Source: a virus
Lineage: Duplodnaviria > Caudoviricetes
Length of the DNA stretch: 48,866 bases
IMG/VR virus record: IMGVR_UViG_3300049170_000045
Span: 1-48,866 of that record
Direction: 5' to 3' (one strand)
The translations under genes were made by a program, and so were the position numbers. The notes under the pieces are model-generated. The model did no database searches and was not told the origin of the DNA. It saw only the letters and a program-made list of their open reading frames with translations. Below are positions 16,862 to 27,041 of this stretch, in pieces; positions within the stretch are counted from its first letter, which is position 1; the number at the start of each line of letters is the position of its first letter.

Positions 16862-19800
16862 TCAGCCAGCGTTGAGCATTCCGATCAGCTCGCCCTGAGC
16901 GGTACGGACCTCGGTACGGGCAATGTCGGTGATCTCGCGGTCGCCGACGTACACGGACACGTGCAGGTCACCGATGCCCCTGCTGCCGGTGGCGGCGGTG
17001 AGCGTGTCCCACTGCCCGCCCGTCAGTACCGGCTCCGGGCGTCCGGTGCCGTTGTAGGCGAGGTTGAGGCCGGGTTGGAGCATTCCGCCGGAGTCGTACC
17101 AGTGCGGGCTCCTGGACTGCCATTTCGCCCAGGCCTTGGCTGGACTGCCGTAGTCCGGGCGGTCCTTGATGTAGCCCATGCCCCAGCGGATCTGCGTTTT
17201 GGCGTTGGTGCGCCAGTCCGCGCCCGCCGACCTCATCTTGTTGGCAGGGAGGGATTGCGGGATGCCGTAGGCCCCGGAGCTGGGGTTTTTGGCGTTCCAG
17301 CGCCAGGCGGACTCGTGATGCCACAGGTTCTTGAGTGGTCCGAACTGGCTCCGGCCCCAGCCGTAGCGGCCGAGGATGGACTTGGCGTAGCGCTGTGCGG
17401 CGCCGACAGCTTGGGCGAGGAAGCCGCCCCCGCCTGTCAGGTAGGGCATGGGGTCGACGGCGCCGCCTCCTCGGCGCGCTTCGAGGTGGAGGTGGGGGCC
17501 GGTGGTGTTGCCGGTGGCGCCGACGCGGCCGATCTGGTGGCCGCCGAGGACTCGGTCACCTCGACTCGTCATGATCTTCGACAGGTGGGCGTACAGAGAG
17601 TCCAGGCCGCCGCCGTGGGAAACCGTGATGTGGTTGCCATAGGGGCCGCCGCTGCCGACCACGCTGACGCGGCCATCGTCAACGGCTCGGACGGCGGTGC
17701 CGGTGGCTGCCGGGAAGTCGAGGCCGGTGTGACGGCCGGAGGACCACATGGAGCCCCGCACGCCGAAACGCGTGCCGTAGGGAGCGTCGACAGGCTTTTG
17801 CCAGATTCCTCCACCGCCTCCGCTGCTGCCGTCGAACATTGACGACACCGCGTTGACGATTTTGTTCTTCAGCCCTGAGATCATCTTCAGCGGGATCTTG
17901 CCGATGGCCGCGCCCCACTTACCCGCAGTCCCTACCCCTTTGCCGATCTTGTCGACGACAGGCTTGACCAGCTTCGTCCAGATCTTGCTGGGATTCGTCA
18001 GCAGGTCGGCGCCCGCCTTGGCCCAGTCGATGCCTTTGCCGACGACATCGGAGACGGTGTCCTTCGTCCAGTCCCAGGCACCACCGATCGGTCCCAGGAC
18101 TCCACCCCGAGCCATCAGCTTCGTGCCCGCTGCCGCATGCAGGGCCTGCGCCCGGCTTCGGTACTTAGGGTCGGTGGGGATGACGAACTCGGGATACCTC
18201 GGGTTGCCCTCACCGACGATCGCGGTGGGCCGGTTGGTGACCATCGGCTTGGCAGGGCCAAAGCCGTCCCCGACAGTGCCGCCCGCGGCAAGGAGCTTCG
18301 GCGCGTCGGGCAGCTTCTTCAATCCGACGAATCCGGCGACCTTGTCCCAGACGGCCTTGATGCCCTTCGTGTACACCCACTTGATCACGAAGTTCACGGG
18401 TTCGGCTGTGATCTTCTTGATCTTGCCGAAGGCTTCAGCGATCGCGTCCTTCGCGGTCTCGAAGGCGTCACCGACAAGCCGCACCGCCCGCTTCACCTTG
18501 TCGAAGGCAGGCTTCAGACCCTTGCTGTACAGCCACGTCGCCCGGTCGGCGATCCACCCGAACGACGGCTTGATCGCGCTCCGGTATAGCCATGTCGCCG
18601 TACCGCCGATCCCCCGCAGCGCTGGCTTGACAGCCTTCTCGTGCAGCCACTTCCCGATCTGCGCCACAAACCGGAAAGCCGCGACGATACCGTCCATCGC
18701 AGGCTTCAGCGCCACCTGGTACAGCCAGCTGCCCGTCGAGGCGATGCCCTCGAACGCCGGCTTCAAGGCGGCGTCGTACAGCCACTTGCCCGCAGCTCCG
18801 ATGGCGCGGAACGCCGGCCCTAGGGCCTTCTCCCACAGCCACGTTCCGACCGCTCCCGCCGCCTGGAAGGCAATGACGAGGGGCGCGATCAGGACCACCG
18901 CGATAATGCCGATAAGGATCCGCGCAGCGAGAGAGATCCCCTCAAAGGCGGGGCCGATGGCGTTCCGCCACAGCCACGTCGCGACTGCGCCGACGGCCCG
19001 CGCGGCCGTGATGATGCCGTCGAAGGCGGGCTTCAGGGCGTTGTTCCACGCCCAGGATGCCGCCGTCTGAATGCCGCTCCAGGCGGCCTGCACGCCGGTG
19101 CGGAACCAGGCGAACTTCTTGTAGGCGTAGACGACTGCCGCGACCAGCGCGACGATCGCGACGCCCAGCAGCACCACAGGGTTCGTGGACATCACCAGGT
19201 TGAAGGCGGCCATGGCGATGGTCCACAGCTTGGTCGCGATGTACGCGAGGTACATGCCCTGGATCAGCCATGGCAGCGTTTCAGCGATCGACGCCAGCCC
19301 GCGCGCCGCAGCGCCGAGGATCTCCAGGATCGGGCCTGAGAGCGGCGCCAGTGCCTTGCCCAGTTGATAGAACGCTGAGCTGATGTCCCCGAGCGCGCGG
19401 GCCATGATGGGCCCCTGCTCGGACGAGTAGGACAGGAAGTTCTCGAAGGCGGGGCTGCCTTTGAGGCTGGTGCCCCATGCCGCGAAGCGTCCAGTGATGG
19501 TCTGCATCCGCTTCGAGATGGAGTCCATGTGCGGCAGGAAGGCCTGGACGACGCCTGCCATGCCCTTGAAGATCCGGCCGAAGGAAACGCCCAGCCCGAT
19601 GATCGCGGGCTCGGCCGAGCCCGCTAGATCCGCCTTGAACTCCTTCCACCACGGCGACTTGAAGCCGCGTGAGGCCCGATCCTGCAGCTCGACGATCGCG
19701 CGCGCCGCGGCCAGCACGAACGGCGTCAGGCCAGGCAGCGAGTTCTTCAACCCGATCAGGGCACGCGTGAAGATCGGCATCACCGCAGGCTGCAGCGACG

Positions 19801-21694
19801 CCGACCACTCCCGGAACGCGGTCCGCAGCGACTGGATCGCACGGAACGTACCGCGAGCCGCAGGGCTCATCTTGTCCAACGCGGCCTGGTACTTGGCCTG
19901 CGCGATGGCAGCCTGATCCATGCCCCCGGCCGCCGAAAGCGACGCGGAGGCGATCTGACGTTGCGCGGAGGCGATCGAATCCGCAGCCGACTCCTGCGCC
20001 GCCACGAGTGCGTCTTGAGCGCGCGCTACCGAGCGGGCGCCGGCCTCCTGCACCCGGGTGACGTTGCGCTGCGACTCGGCAACCTTCTCCTGCGCGGCAG
20101 CGATGTCCCGCTGCGACTGGACCTGCTGGCGTCCCGCTTCGGTGCGAGCTGTCGCGAGCGCCTTCTGCTGCGCGGCCACATCCCGGTCAGCGTCCGCCAG
20201 CCGCTGCTGCGCGGACTTGACCGTCTCGGAGCCTTCGACCCCGGCTCTGTCGGCCCGCGCCTTCTCTGCGGTGAGGTTCTTTGTCTCTTGCTTCTGCTCC
20301 TTGAGCCGCTGGACCGCCTGGTCGTAGGCGAGCTGGGCGCGCTGCTGCTCCACCAGGGACGCTGTGGCGCCCTTGGCCTGCACTGCGGCCAGGCGCTGGC
20401 GGGCCTCCTGCGCCGAGAGCGTGGCGTCCCGCTCGGACAGCTGCGCGTTGGTGAGCCGGTCGCCGAGCTCGGCAAGTTCTACGGCAGCATCACGGCGGGC
20501 CTGAGTGAGATCCTGCTGCGCCTGGCGTGCGGTGCGCTGCGCATCCGCCAGTGACTGCTCTGCCTGAGTGACGCGTTCGGCCGCGTCTCGCTGCCGGTCG
20601 GCGGCCTGCTGCACGGCATCGGCAAGCCCTTGACGGGCCTGCTTCACCTGCCCGGCGGCCTGCCGGTTTGCCTCGGCAGCCGACCGCACCGCATCTCCGA
20701 CAGCCGTCTCGGCCTGCGTGATCTGGCGGGCCGCGTTCCGGTGCGCGGACGCCAGGTTCTGCTGTGCCGCAGCCATCTGCAGGGCCTGCGACGCTCCCTG
20801 GCCTGCTGCCTGGCCGCCCTTGATGGACGCCGTGGTGGCCGCGTCCTGCGCCGCCTTCTGCGCTTGCAGGGCCCCCGCGATGTCGATGAATGCAGGGACG
20901 GCGACGGCCGCGAGGGCGCCCACACCCGCACTCGCCGCGACAGCAGCAGACGCCACAGCGCCGATGCCGGCCGCGAGGACGGGGATGGCGGGCAGTACCG
21001 CGACGGCGCCGAGTGCCACCGTCAGCTGAAAGATCGCCGAGGTGGCCCCGGAGGTATCGACATCGACCCGCACCCGGTTGCCGTCGATGGCAGCCATTTC
21101 TGCGCGGACCGCGGCGAGCTGCGTCAGGGCCGCAGCCGTGTCTGCACGGACCTGCACATTGGGGTGCCGCGCCCCCAGGCGGGTGAGGTCCGCCTCGATC
21201 AGCTGGATCTGGGCCTTCGCCGCCGCGGCATCGATGTCGATACCGATCCGCTTGCTGGCAAGCCGCTCCATCCGAGCACGGAGCTCTTGGAGCTCCGCGT
21301 CGGCCTCGGACGTGTTGGCGTCGATGTCGATCTTCGGGAGCGACCGGAACGCTGCCTCCAGGCGCGTCTTCAGTGCGCGGGAGAACGCGCCGCCCGTCTC
21401 ATCGCCCTGACGTACCGCTGCGGGGCGGGCGGTGCGGCCTCCCTGCGTGACGCCGTCCCGGATTGATGAGGAGATGCGGGAGGCGATCTGCTGCCCGATC
21501 TGCTCGCCGATCCGCAGCCCAATGTCGCCGACCTGACGCTGCATGGCCGGACCGAAGGAGCGTCCCGCCGCGTCACCGGCATCGGTGCCGGCCCGGGTAG
21601 CCGCGGGTACCAGGCTGGAGCGCAGCTGGCTGTAGATGCCGCGCGTGTTGGGGATGATGTCGACGTCGACGGAGCCGACGGTGATTGCGGCCAC
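16862..21694 (-). CDS. Tape measure protein with M23 peptidase and lytic transglycosylase domains
   Basis: 1610 aa, Ala-rich, W-periodic repeats; HTGLD...YGN...HLHLE (M23); HESAW...SGAYGIPQ (SLT-like). Confidence 0.95.
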   Translation of the reverse strand: MAAITVGSVDVDIIPNTRGIYSQLRSSLVPAATRAGTDAGDAAGRSFGPAMQRQVGDIGLRIGEQIGQQIASRISSSIRDGVTQGGRTARPAAVRQGDETGGAFSRALKTRLEAAFRSLPKIDIDANTSEADAELQELRARMERLASKRIGIDIDAAAAKAQIQLIEADLTRLGARHPNVQVRADTAAALTQLAAVRAEMAAIDGNRVRVDVDTSGATSAIFQLTVALGAVAVLPAIPVLAAGIGAVASAAVAASAGVGALAAVAVPAFIDIAGALQAQKAAQDAATTASIKGGQAAGQGASQALQMAAAQQNLASAHRNAARQITQAETAVGDAVRSAAEANRQAAGQVKQARQGLADAVQQAADRQRDAAERVTQAEQSLADAQRTARQAQQDLTQARRDAAVELAELGDRLTNAQLSERDATLSAQEARQRLAAVQAKGATASLVEQQRAQLAYDQAVQRLKEQKQETKNLTAEKARADRAGVEGSETVKSAQQRLADADRDVAAQQKALATARTEAGRQQVQSQRDIAAAQEKVAESQRNVTRVQEAGARSVARAQDALVAAQESAADSIASAQRQIASASLSAAGGMDQAAIAQAKYQAALDKMSPAARGTFRAIQSLRTAFREWSASLQPAVMPIFTRALIGLKNSLPGLTPFVLAAARAIVELQDRASRGFKSPWWKEFKADLAGSAEPAIIGLGVSFGRIFKGMAGVVQAFLPHMDSISKRMQTITGRFAAWGTSLKGSPAFENFLSYSSEQGPIMARALGDISSAFYQLGKALAPLSGPILEILGAAARGLASIAETLPWLIQGMYLAYIATKLWTIAMAAFNLVMSTNPVVLLGVAIVALVAAVVYAYKKFAWFRTGVQAAWSGIQTAASWAWNNALKPAFDGIITAARAVGAVATWLWRNAIGPAFEGISLAARILIGIIAVVLIAPLVIAFQAAGAVGTWLWEKALGPAFRAIGAAGKWLYDAALKPAFEGIASTGSWLYQVALKPAMDGIVAAFRFVAQIGKWLHEKAVKPALRGIGGTATWLYRSAIKPSFGWIADRATWLYSKGLKPAFDKVKRAVRLVGDAFETAKDAIAEAFGKIKKITAEPVNFVIKWVYTKGIKAVWDKVAGFVGLKKLPDAPKLLAAGGTVGDGFGPAKPMVTNRPTAIVGEGNPRYPEFVIPTDPKYRSRAQALHAAAGTKLMARGGVLGPIGGAWDWTKDTVSDVVGKGIDWAKAGADLLTNPSKIWTKLVKPVVDKIGKGVGTAGKWGAAIGKIPLKMISGLKNKIVNAVSSMFDGSSGGGGGIWQKPVDAPYGTRFGVRGSMWSSGRHTGLDFPAATGTAVRAVDDGRVSVVGSGGPYGNHITVSHGGGLDSLYAHLSKIMTSRGDRVLGGHQIGRVGATGNTTGPHLHLEARRGGGAVDPMPYLTGGGGFLAQAVGAAQRYAKSILGRYGWGRSQFGPLKNLWHHESAWRWNAKNPSSGAYGIPQSLPANKMRSAGADWRTNAKTQIRWGMGYIKDRPDYGSPAKAWAKWQSRSPHWYDSGGMLQPGLNLAYNGTGRPEPVLTGGQWDTLTAATGSRGIGDLHVSVYVGDREITDIARTEVRTAQGELIGMLNAG

Positions 21695-21714
21695 GGAGCC
21701 CCCTCTCCGCAGCG

Positions 21715-22463
21715 CTACTGGGCGCCCCCGTTGATCAACTGGAAGAGAGTGACGGCCTGCTCATTGCTGAGCTCCTGCTTGCCCCTAATGCCCTTTGCGC
21801 CGGGACGCCGGATCGGGTCAGGGGGATGCTGCTTCCGGCTGGAGTGGGTGGAGGCGTAGTAGTGAGCGAGCTGCCCCACTCGGTCGGCGAGCAGCGCAAG
21901 GATCTGCTCGGTCTGCGACCAGCGGCCCTTCTCCGGCTCGCCCTTCCTGGCCTGCTCGGCGAGCTCCTCATCCGTGAGCTCGTTACGGAGCGCCGTCATC
22001 GTGTGAGATTCCGGCGGCAGGTGCTGGATCAGCACCCGCAGCCACGACCACGTGCGGTGACCGGACAGAACATCGGTGATGTCGTAACCGCGGTCGATCA
22101 GATCGGCTCTTACCGCCTCCGCGTGCCCCTGCCAGAGCGCGAAGACCCACTGGACTTTCCCAGGTCGTCGCCGCCAGCACGGGCAGCAGCCTCCGCGAAG
22201 TGGCCGATGGCGTCCTGGTCAGGGTCGAGATCCTCATAGACCTCGATGTCCTCTTCGTGCAGCACGAGTTCCATGAAACCGTCGATGTCGCCCTGGCGCA
22301 GGCAGCGCAGCGCTGAGGCCCGCCACCGGTTGGCCGGCAGGGCGCGAACGTCCTTGGTGACGCCGTCGTATCCGGCCAGTGGCACGGTGACGTAGTCGTC
22401 GCCGACCTCGGCCTCCGTCTCCTGAGCGCGGGCGGCGTCAAGTTCCTTCTTCGTGGTGGACAT
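21715..22463 (-). CDS. Tail assembly chaperone, long form via -1 frameshift
   Basis: G-GGA-AAG at 22161-22155; the -1 frame is open (VQWVFALWQGH...) into ORF 21715..22035. Confidence 0.85.
22110..22463 (-). CDS. Tail assembly chaperone, short form
   Basis: Between the major tail and tape measure genes; ends DLGKSSGS... Confidence 0.88.
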   Translation of the reverse strand: MSTTKKELDAARAQETEAEVGDDYVTVPLAGYDGVTKDVRALPANRWRASALRCLRQGDIDGFMELVLHEEDIEVYEDLDPDQDAIGHFAEAAARAGGDDLGKSSGSSRSGRGTRRR

Positions 22464-22548
22464 GGCGCAGGCCTTTCGTCAGTGGCGCGGGCAAGGGAGG
22501 TAGGTGGGCGGACCGGGCCCGCGCCACGGTGTCGGTCCGCCCACCCGT

Positions 22549-23136
22549 TCAGGAACCCGTGTACGCGGGCGTGACGGGGATCTTGTCGACGTGGTAGACG
22601 GTGTTGCCCGCGTCGTCCGGATAGGTGGTGATCGTCCACTCGTAGCCGGACATCTCGTCCTGCTTGAACGTGACGTCACTGCGGTCGTTGATCTCGCCCT
22701 GGGGGACGTAGAAGCCCTTGTAGGACGTGCCGTCGATGACGAGAAACCAGAACGCGCGCCGGTCCGGCGAAGGGCTCGCGGTCTCGGCGTACTTCGTCAG
22801 TCCGTCACCGTCCGGCGCCAGCTCGGCGGCATCCAGCCGGTACTGGAGGGACTGCACCGCGACGCGGGAGGTCTCCCACACCGTCAGCCCGAACGTCCTC
22901 ACGCTCTTGGTGATCTGCGTGCGGAACGGACTCGTGAGCCCCCACGGCGTGAACTCCTGGCTGTCCTCGTCGAAGCCGTAGGTCAGGCCGTCGTCCGAGA
23001 TCGCGCCGAGCGGTTCCCACGGGGCGGTCGGCTGATCCAGCGGTGAATCCATCGCGCTCGTGCCCACCGGCGCCACCCAGCCCGCGCCGTTCGCTCCGAC
23101 CAGCGCCAACTCTGAGGCGCGGGTGATGTTCACCAT
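22549..23136 (-). CDS. Major tail (tube) protein
   Basis: WVAPVGT...LGAISDDGLT...TPWG...WET; position in the operon. Confidence 0.88.
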   Translation of the reverse strand: MVNITRASELALVGANGAGWVAPVGTSAMDSPLDQPTAPWEPLGAISDDGLTYGFDEDSQEFTPWGLTSPFRTQITKSVRTFGLTVWETSRVAVQSLQYRLDAAELAPDGDGLTKYAETASPSPDRRAFWFLVIDGTSYKGFYVPQGEINDRSDVTFKQDEMSGYEWTITTYPDDAGNTVYHVDKIPVTPAYTGS

Positions 23137-23206
23137 GAGATGTCTCCAGACATGGAAGAGCCCGCGCACGGGCGGGGAAAGGGTCCGGCGCGGGCCCGAA
23201 AGCCGG

Positions 23207-23596
23207 TCAGGAGACCGGGTGGCAGAAGATCTGATAGGTCGCCCCGACGCGGCGCAATGCCGTGTTCTCGTAGGGGCGGACAGCAGGGCGGGAGATCGTC
23301 GCGGTGCGGCCGATCACCGCCGAGGGCGATGTCGACGAGCGGACCTCGTGCAGGATCCACAGGTGGACCTCTCCTGCGAGAGCAAGAGCTGCACCGCGCG
23401 TAGTCGCGTAGACGTTGATGTCGACAAAGACCCTGTCGAGCCGGAACCCGTCGTCATCACCGCCAGCCATCTCGATCTGGATGGTGGGCAGCTCCTCGAG
23501 GAGCTTGTTGTCGAGTTCGTCCCGCACCACCGCGTCCGGCCAGCGGGCCGCAGCACGTCCGATGAGCTCCAGCTCCAGGTCGACGGGCACGCTCAT
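23207..23596 (-). CDS. Tail terminator
   Basis: GGDDDGFRLD...DINVYA; precedes the major tail gene. Confidence 0.75.
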   Translation of the reverse strand: MSVPVDLELELIGRAAARWPDAVVRDELDNKLLEELPTIQIEMAGGDDDGFRLDRVFVDINVYATTRGAALALAGEVHLWILHEVRSSTSPSAVIGRTATISRPAVRPYENTALRRVGATYQIFCHPVS

Positions 23597-23919
23597 CTGC
23601 GCCCTCCGACCTGTGCCGCCCTCAGCAGTACATGACGGGCGCGCACTCGTTCGGTGCCGTACTCCACCCAGCGGGCGTAGTACGCGCTGTTGGAGACGGT
23701 GGCCGTGGCACGATCACGGCGCCGACCGCCACGAGCCGTCGACGTCACCGACCACGACGCCCGGTACTGGCCGGGATGCGGGCCGCCCTCATCTACCGGC
23801 GACATGGAGACCGCCACGCTCTTGATGGTCTCGGCGCGACGCAGCATCTCCGCCTGCACGCCAGGCGACCGCAGCAACCGTCCCACGCCTTTCCGGGACA
23901 TCCTGAAACGCGCGGGCAT
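23593..23919 (-). CDS. HK97 gp10-like neck/tail completion protein
   Basis: PVD...GQYRAS...YARWVEYGT. Confidence 0.8.
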   Translation of the reverse strand: MPARFRMSRKGVGRLLRSPGVQAEMLRRAETIKSVAVSMSPVDEGGPHPGQYRASWSVTSTARGGRRRDRATATVSNSAYYARWVEYGTERVRARHVLLRAAQVGGRR

Positions 23920-23950
23920 ACCCTCAACTCCTCGACTGCTAGGGGGAAGC

Positions 23951-24271
23951 GTGGACGTCAAGGGCGTACAAGGCACGATCAGCTTCGACGGGGAATGGGT
24001 CACCATTACGAAGACGCCCATCGGTGCGCGGCCCGCTCCGGTGCGCATCCGCACCGCCGACGTCACCGGGACCCGCTTCAAGCCGGGCAGTCGCCTGTTC
24101 CACGGCTACGTGCAGTTCCTGCTCCCCGGCTCCCTCGCGGCGGGCGAGAAGAGCGGCGTCACGCACGGCGGACGGCCCCCATACGAGGACCCGCACAGCC
24201 TGTCCATCCCCTGCAAGAGCAACGACGCCACTGAGAAGCTCGTCGCGGCTGTCGAACAGGCCCGCAGCTAA
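23951..24271 (+). CDS. DUF4429-like (PH-like) protein, antisense within the virion operon
   Basis: GGGGGA RBS and GTG 23951; VKGVQGTISFDGEWVTI...FKP...GYVQF. Confidence 0.75.
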   Translation: MDVKGVQGTISFDGEWVTITKTPIGARPAPVRIRTADVTGTRFKPGSRLFHGYVQFLLPGSLAAGEKSGVTHGGRPPYEDPHSLSIPCKSNDATEKLVAAVEQARS

Positions 24272-24639
24272 CCGGTCACCCGGTCCGCGGCGAACTGGAC
24301 CGGACCGCGGAGCCCGGTGAAGGGGTTGCGGCCCCAGTCGCCGGGCTCACCCGTGATCTCGCAGCGGACGCCACGAATCACCGCGCCATCCGTTGTGCGC
24401 AACGGCATCCGTGGGTGGCCGGGCGGCGCGTACACCGTCCAGCCGACGATGACGGTGTCCCTCGCCTGCTGCTCCTCGCCACCGATCTGCGGGGTCTCCG
24501 CGCGCGGCGTCACCACACAGCCCGGCACATCGAACGACTGATCCGGCCCTGGCAGCGGCTGACCGCGCGGATCCCGGCCCGGGGAAGGGCCGGTACGCAG
24601 GATTCGCACCGTCTCCCCGAACGGGTACGGGCCCGGCAT
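24268..24639 (-). CDS. Head-to-tail stopper
   Basis: GETVRILR...DPRG...TVYAP...ITGEPGDW; position. Confidence 0.75.
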   Translation of the reverse strand: MPGPYPFGETVRILRTGPSPGRDPRGQPLPGPDQSFDVPGCVVTPRAETPQIGGEEQQARDTVIVGWTVYAPPGHPRMPLRTTDGAVIRGVRCEITGEPGDWGRNPFTGLRGPVQFAADRVTG

Positions 24640-25056
24640 CTACACCCACCCCCAGCCGGGCTCATACTCCAGCGGCGGACCGTAGCCGTCGCCGACCGGG
24701 TAGGTCGGTGACGGATCCGCTGTGATCGGTGTCGAGTCAACGGTGAAGGCACCGCCACGGCCTGCCGCGCTCTTCAGCGCGGCCTTATCGGCCCGCGTCA
24801 GGTACAAGCCGCCCGAGCCGGACGGGCGCTGCACCGACATGGGGCCGATCGTCTCGTAACTGACGCTCTGCGGGTTGACGTAAGCCCGGCCGGCAGCCGA
24901 AAGAACCACTGCAGTGGCCTGCTCCGGCAGCGGCTTCACCACCGTCTCGCACAGGGCCACCGCCTGCTGAATCATCAGGTCTGCCCGGGCGCCGTCGATC
25001 TCAGGGAGCCCGAGGTACAGCCCGAGCTCCTCCGCTGTCGGTGCCACGAACGCCAT
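24640..25056 (-). CDS. Head-to-tail adaptor
   Basis: RAYVNP...ETIGP...GGLYLT motif. Confidence 0.8.
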   Translation of the reverse strand: MAFVAPTAEELGLYLGLPEIDGARADLMIQQAVALCETVVKPLPEQATAVVLSAAGRAYVNPQSVSYETIGPMSVQRPSGSGGLYLTRADKAALKSAAGRGGAFTVDSTPITADPSPTYPVGDGYGPPLEYEPGWGWV

Positions 25057-25065
25057 GACGACCTC

Positions 25066-26067
25066 CTAGGCCAGGGCCTCCACGGCGTCACACCAGGTGG
25101 CCAGTTCGGCGGTCGGATCCAGCTCGGTAGACCGGGCTCTGGCCCGCTTCGACGCCAGCCGGTACTCGGCAGACGTGAGCAGCTTGCGCAGTACCGCCTC
25201 ATAGCCGTCCAGGTCATTACGGTCGACGAAGACGCCCGCCTCCCCCAGCGACTCGCACAGACCAGGCGTCGGGTGAGCGACGACGGGGATGCCGGATGCG
25301 AGCGCCTCACAGCCCACGCGCCCCCACGACTCGTAGGACGATGGCATGAGCAGCACCTTCGTGCGGCCGTACACCTGCTCCCGCATCTGCTGCCCGTCCA
25401 CATGCTCCAGGACTTCGACGTTCGGCAGAACGGGGAGGATCTGCTCACCGTAGGCGCCGCGCACCGCGAGGAACTGCTGATCCGGCATCCGGCGGGCCAA
25501 GACCTCCAGGACCCGGCCACCCTTCTCCACATTGCAGTTGATCAGCGTGATGGCCTTGCCCGGCTTCGTCGCGTACTCGCCGGCGAACACCGGTGGACGC
25601 ACGACCAGTTCCTCACCCGGCCGCACGCTCTTCGGGTACTCGGCGAAGAAGAGCTCTGCCTCCGCCTGCATCCACTGCGAGTTGTAGACCGCGAGCGACG
25701 TGCCGCCCGCCGCCATATCCCTGAAGCTTTGGCGGTGCGTGTTGTGACAGACCACCACCATCGGGCGCCCATACCCGCGAGCCAGTGACGCCGTGGACGG
25801 CACGCACTCCAGATGCGACAGCAGGACATCCGCCCGCCGCACCGCCGTCGGAAAGTCCAGGCGGGCCTCCAGCGGCACGACCTGGATGCCCCGGTAGTCG
25901 TAGGGCTCAGAGGCTTTTCCGTACCGGGACAGCCACACCTGTACGTCGTGACCGCGCTCCACCAGCGGGCGCAGCATCGACACGAGCATGTGCTCGGCCC
26001 CCGCGTTGTGCTGCGGCGGCATCAAATGCACGCGGGCCACGATCCGCAGCAGCGCGGCCCCACCCAT
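25066..26067 (-). CDS. GT-B (GT4-like) glycosyltransferase
   Basis: AGAE, KGG, LLMPSSYESWGRVGCEALASGIPVV (E-x7-E); TGATG overlap with the capsid stop. Confidence 0.92.
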   Translation of the reverse strand: MGGAALLRIVARVHLMPPQHNAGAEHMLVSMLRPLVERGHDVQVWLSRYGKASEPYDYRGIQVVPLEARLDFPTAVRRADVLLSHLECVPSTASLARGYGRPMVVVCHNTHRQSFRDMAAGGTSLAVYNSQWMQAEAELFFAEYPKSVRPGEELVVRPPVFAGEYATKPGKAITLINCNVEKGGRVLEVLARRMPDQQFLAVRGAYGEQILPVLPNVEVLEHVDGQQMREQVYGRTKVLLMPSSYESWGRVGCEALASGIPVVAHPTPGLCESLGEAGVFVDRNDLDGYEAVLRKLLTSAEYRLASKRARARSTELDPTAELATWCDAVEALA

Positions 26068-27026
26068 CAGGAGCCCGAGGGGGTGCCGGTGAACTTCACG
26101 AACGCCTCGGCGTCACCGAGGACGAACCCGTAGTACGCCTCCGCCAGGAGCAGCACCAGGTTCTCCTGGAACGCCGAGTGGACGCCGCCGTCCTCGTCGA
26201 TGTACGTCGCCTCGCGACTGAGCTTGACGGTGATGTCCATGCCGACGCCGAACGCCGCCTGGGAGAAGTCGCCACCGATTGCCCGAAGCCCCGAGTCGGC
26301 GGAGGTGGACTGGCGGCGCAGCTTGCCGGACACGCTGCGGGAGTAGGCGATCGGCTCGCCGATCAGCTCGCCTTGCAGTGCCGCACCAGTGCCGGCGCCG
26401 GGCTGGCGGGTCGCCACGAACAGCGGCTCGCCTGTGGTGGACGTGGCGGCAAGGAGTTTCGGCTTCAGCCGGTTGTCGGCGACGGTACCGGTGTAGTCCC
26501 AGTCGTCGTCGATGACCTCCTCCATGCCGGAGACGAAGTCGCCCCAGATGCCGCCTTGGTTCTGGGCCGTCGTTCCCAGTGAGACCGCCTTCGACGTCAT
26601 CGCGAAGTAGTCCTGGAAGGGACCGGCGCCCCCCTTCATGTTCTTGCCGTGGATGGTCGCCATGTCGAAAGCTCGCGCGAAAGCGGTAGGCAGATCGCGC
26701 TGGAGCTGGGTCCACAGGCCAGCCGCGTTGGAGTTCGCGACCTCCATGCTGACCGGGATCAGAACGGCGACCTTCTTGCCGCTCATCTGCTTGACCTCGA
26801 CACCGCCGGAGCTCAGCGGCTTGCGACCACCCTCAGACACCCAGTCCGCGGTCGGCACGTCCAGCGGCACCGGAACCGCCGTGTTTGCCGTCATAGACAG
26901 CGGCACCCGCCGCGCCAGCGACATGACGGCGCTACCTTCGACGGACTTCTCGAAGATGGGGCCGACCAGCGTCTCCGGAAGGAAGATCGGGTCGACGGTA
27001 GACAGCTTGATCGGATTGGTCGCCAT
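26067..27026 (-). CDS. Major capsid protein (HK97 fold)
   Basis: ADWVSEGGRKP, KVAVLIPVSME, IGGDFS, FQENLV; follows the scaffold gene. Confidence 0.93.
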   Translation of the reverse strand: MATNPIKLSTVDPIFLPETLVGPIFEKSVEGSAVMSLARRVPLSMTANTAVPVPLDVPTADWVSEGGRKPLSSGGVEVKQMSGKKVAVLIPVSMEVANSNAAGLWTQLQRDLPTAFARAFDMATIHGKNMKGGAGPFQDYFAMTSKAVSLGTTAQNQGGIWGDFVSGMEEVIDDDWDYTGTVADNRLKPKLLAATSTTGEPLFVATRQPGAGTGAALQGELIGEPIAYSRSVSGKLRRQSTSADSGLRAIGGDFSQAAFGVGMDITVKLSREATYIDEDGGVHSAFQENLVLLLAEAYYGFVLGDAEAFVKFTGTPSGS

Positions 27027-27041
27027 CGGGGACTACCTCTC

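Noticed and set aside
22155-22161. Tail chaperone -1 frameshift as a novelty
   Set aside because: Well-established feature of long-tailed phages; listed as a feature only.
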